Shown piece after piece: positions 30,618-32,000 of a stretch of DNA of 32,000 nt. The DNA is taken from contig LT962688.1 of NCBI GenBank assembly GCA_900234795.1, positions 1,860,001 to 1,892,000 of the forward strand. Direction: 5' to 3'. The translations under genes and the position numbers were made by a program. The DNA is from Methylorubrum extorquens (lineage in GTDB: Bacteria > Pseudomonadota > Alphaproteobacteria > Rhizobiales > Beijerinckiaceae). Position 1 is the stretch's first letter; each line of letters opens with the position of its first letter. The notes under the pieces are model-generated. The model searched no databases. It was given only the letters and a program-made list of their open reading frames with translations, and was not told the DNA's origin.

Positions 30618-31525
30618 ATTTATGCTAAAAACGGTCATACTAATTGCAGATTGAGTTTATAATTTATATATATACAATTTGAAGCGATTGATAGCTAGTA
30701 AAACGCACTCGAAAGTCCATCATCTTGCAGAACTAGACTCGCGGCCGCTCTTTCTACAAGCATGGGCCCGGCGATCGAGCGCACGCGACCCTACATCGGG
30801 GACTGGTCGCGGACGGGGGCGCTTCCGTTCGGCGGGCCAGCGCAGAGCTGACCGGGACTATCCGTCCCCCCTCGGCCTTCTACCTCATGCCCCGTCCCCC
30901 GAGTGGGCGTTTCCATCTCGATATTTACTTCTCCCCGCCCGGTCCGCAGCGCGGGGATTTTCGTGCCCCGTATAGGCTTCAGGCCGCCAGCCTGTGACAC
31001 TTGGGCTACGATTTTAGACGCACGGTTGATCAAATGACGGCACAACTCCGCGCCGATGTCGTCACTGTCTAGGTCTGCTATCCCGACACGTGAGCGGCGG
31101 ACTTTATGAGCCTGGATCAAAGAAATCGAGGGCGGGTGCTGCGACGCCGTCACGAAGCCTGGATTGATAGGCGATCGTTGCGCACAGCCAAGGCGATCCG
31201 GCGATCGAAACGCGTGGAATGTCGAGCGCAGATTGACATCCAAGACCTAGCCTTAAACGACAACGTGGTTCGGCCCTGAGTCTGCAACCGGATGGAATGA
31301 GCAGACTACCCCGCCCAACTCAACCGCGGCAGGTTTTTCGTTTGGCGGTTATATCGTTCGCGCATACGGAGCGTTCAGCTTTCGAAAGCAACAAACGCCC
31401 GACGATTTTTCGTCAACGCTGACAGCCAAATCTCATCATACGATAGAATGCGCATCTCCGATGCATGGCATCATAAGCGCACCCACGCCTTCAAATTTCG
31501 GCTTAGCGTGGATGAGGGCGTCGCG

Positions 31526-31547
31526 CCCCCGCCGTTGCCGGCGGGGG
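31526..31547 (+). promoter_or_regulatory. GC hairpin covering the likely ribosome-binding purines of the next gene
   Basis: CCCCCGCCG (31526-31534), loop TTGC, CGGCGGGGG (31539-31547). The ATG at 31554 is 6 nt downstream of the stem. Confidence 0.4.
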
Positions 31548-31553
31548 GGCTAC

Positions 31554-31814
31554 ATGCCGCGCTACCACTTCAATGTCTATGATGGCGTCAACTTCCTCGA
31601 TAAAAAGGGTGTCGAGTTACCAGACTTTATGTTCGCGCGCCGAGAAGCTATTCGGTATGCCGGCGTGCTTCTTGAGGAAGGCGCACGACTAGAAAGCCTC
31701 GGCTCCGAATGGCGGATGGAAGTTACGGACGGCGCAGAACTGATACTTTTCAGGCTCGACTTCTTTGTGACACCATCTTCGGCAATTGGTTCGCTAAAAA
31801 GTCGGAGTAAGTAA
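31554..31814 (+). CDS. DUF6894-like small protein, 86 aa
   Basis: ORF 31461..31814 trimmed to MPRYHFNVYDGVNFLDKKGVELPDFMFARREAIRYAGVLL. It is a paralogue of 17906..18142. Confidence 0.6.
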   Translation: MPRYHFNVYDGVNFLDKKGVELPDFMFARREAIRYAGVLLEEGARLESLGSEWRMEVTDGAELILFRLDFFVTPSSAIGSLKSRSK

Positions 31815-32000
31815 GTAAATTACTTCCACGCTTTTGGCTTTGCAGTCCGTTTAATTGCTTCGCCGAAGTCGTCATCGTCCCCGCTCACCTCGGCTCCGCG
31901 GCAAGCCTTAAGAACCGGCGCTTCCGCTCCTCGGGAGGCAGCTTCTCGGTGCCGACCTTAGCTGGCATCTCGCCGGCATCAGGACGGCCTTCTAATCGTT

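Noticed and set aside
31020-31175. Three TTGAT half-sites (TTGATCAAATG, TGAGCCTGGATCAA, TTGATAGGCGATCG)
   Set aside because: None forms a full TTGA-N6-TCAA or 5-4-5 palindrome, so they were not counted as boxes.
31820-31990. Minus-strand reading at the window edge (PPEERKRRFLRLAAE, then VSGDDDDFGEAIKRTAKPKAWK*)
   Set aside because: The two pieces are in different frames and the 5' part runs off the window, so it cannot be called as a gene here.
1-32000. CRISPR arrays, rRNA and tRNA genes
   Set aside because: I saw no regularly spaced direct repeats, no conserved rRNA segments and no cloverleaf-compatible sequence on either strand.

Overview
High-GC bacterial DNA, probably from an alphaproteobacterium of the Hyphomicrobiales (Methylobacterium- or Bradyrhizobium-like). 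That assignment is inferred from gene families only. The window has two very different halves. (1) Bases 1-15,800 form a compact stress island. Eight 14-bp FNR/FixK-type palindromes are present (TTGA-N6-TCAA, plus a hybrid TTGAT-N4-GCGCAA form). Seven of them are centred 65-81 nt upstream of the start codons of short operons. These operons encode four tandem universal stress proteins (three share a CCLMSH tail), two intact small monohaem cytochromes c plus one decayed copy, and a BON-domain protein. They also encode an Hsp20 translationally coupled to a Crp/Fnr regulator, an NRAMP transporter operon ending in a degenerate Cys-rich receiver protein, a 2-TM K+ channel, a lysine-less lipoyl-like protein, an SPW-like membrane protein and a SulP transporter. 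Several genes are broken: glucokinase (about five frame changes), one USP, SulP (at a G6 run) and an RND adaptor stub. (2) Bases 15,800-32,000 form an IS-riddled, visibly lower-GC accessory region. It holds an IS5 stub, an IS3-orfA stub and an intact IS407-like element. Two apparently identical 1281-bp IS3 copies lie in inverted orientation and bracket 6.7 kb. That 6.7 kb contains a truncated hpnE-like gene, homospermidine synthase, two divergent Rnk-like genes and a third IS with a 9-bp target duplication. A Crp/Fnr + small protein + DUF6894-like neighbourhood occurs twice, the second time beside an AT-rich islet encoding a zinc-ribbon mini-protein. I saw no rRNA, tRNA or CRISPR array. Most other long ORFs in the track are Arg/Pro/Gly-rich antisense artefacts of high GC content.
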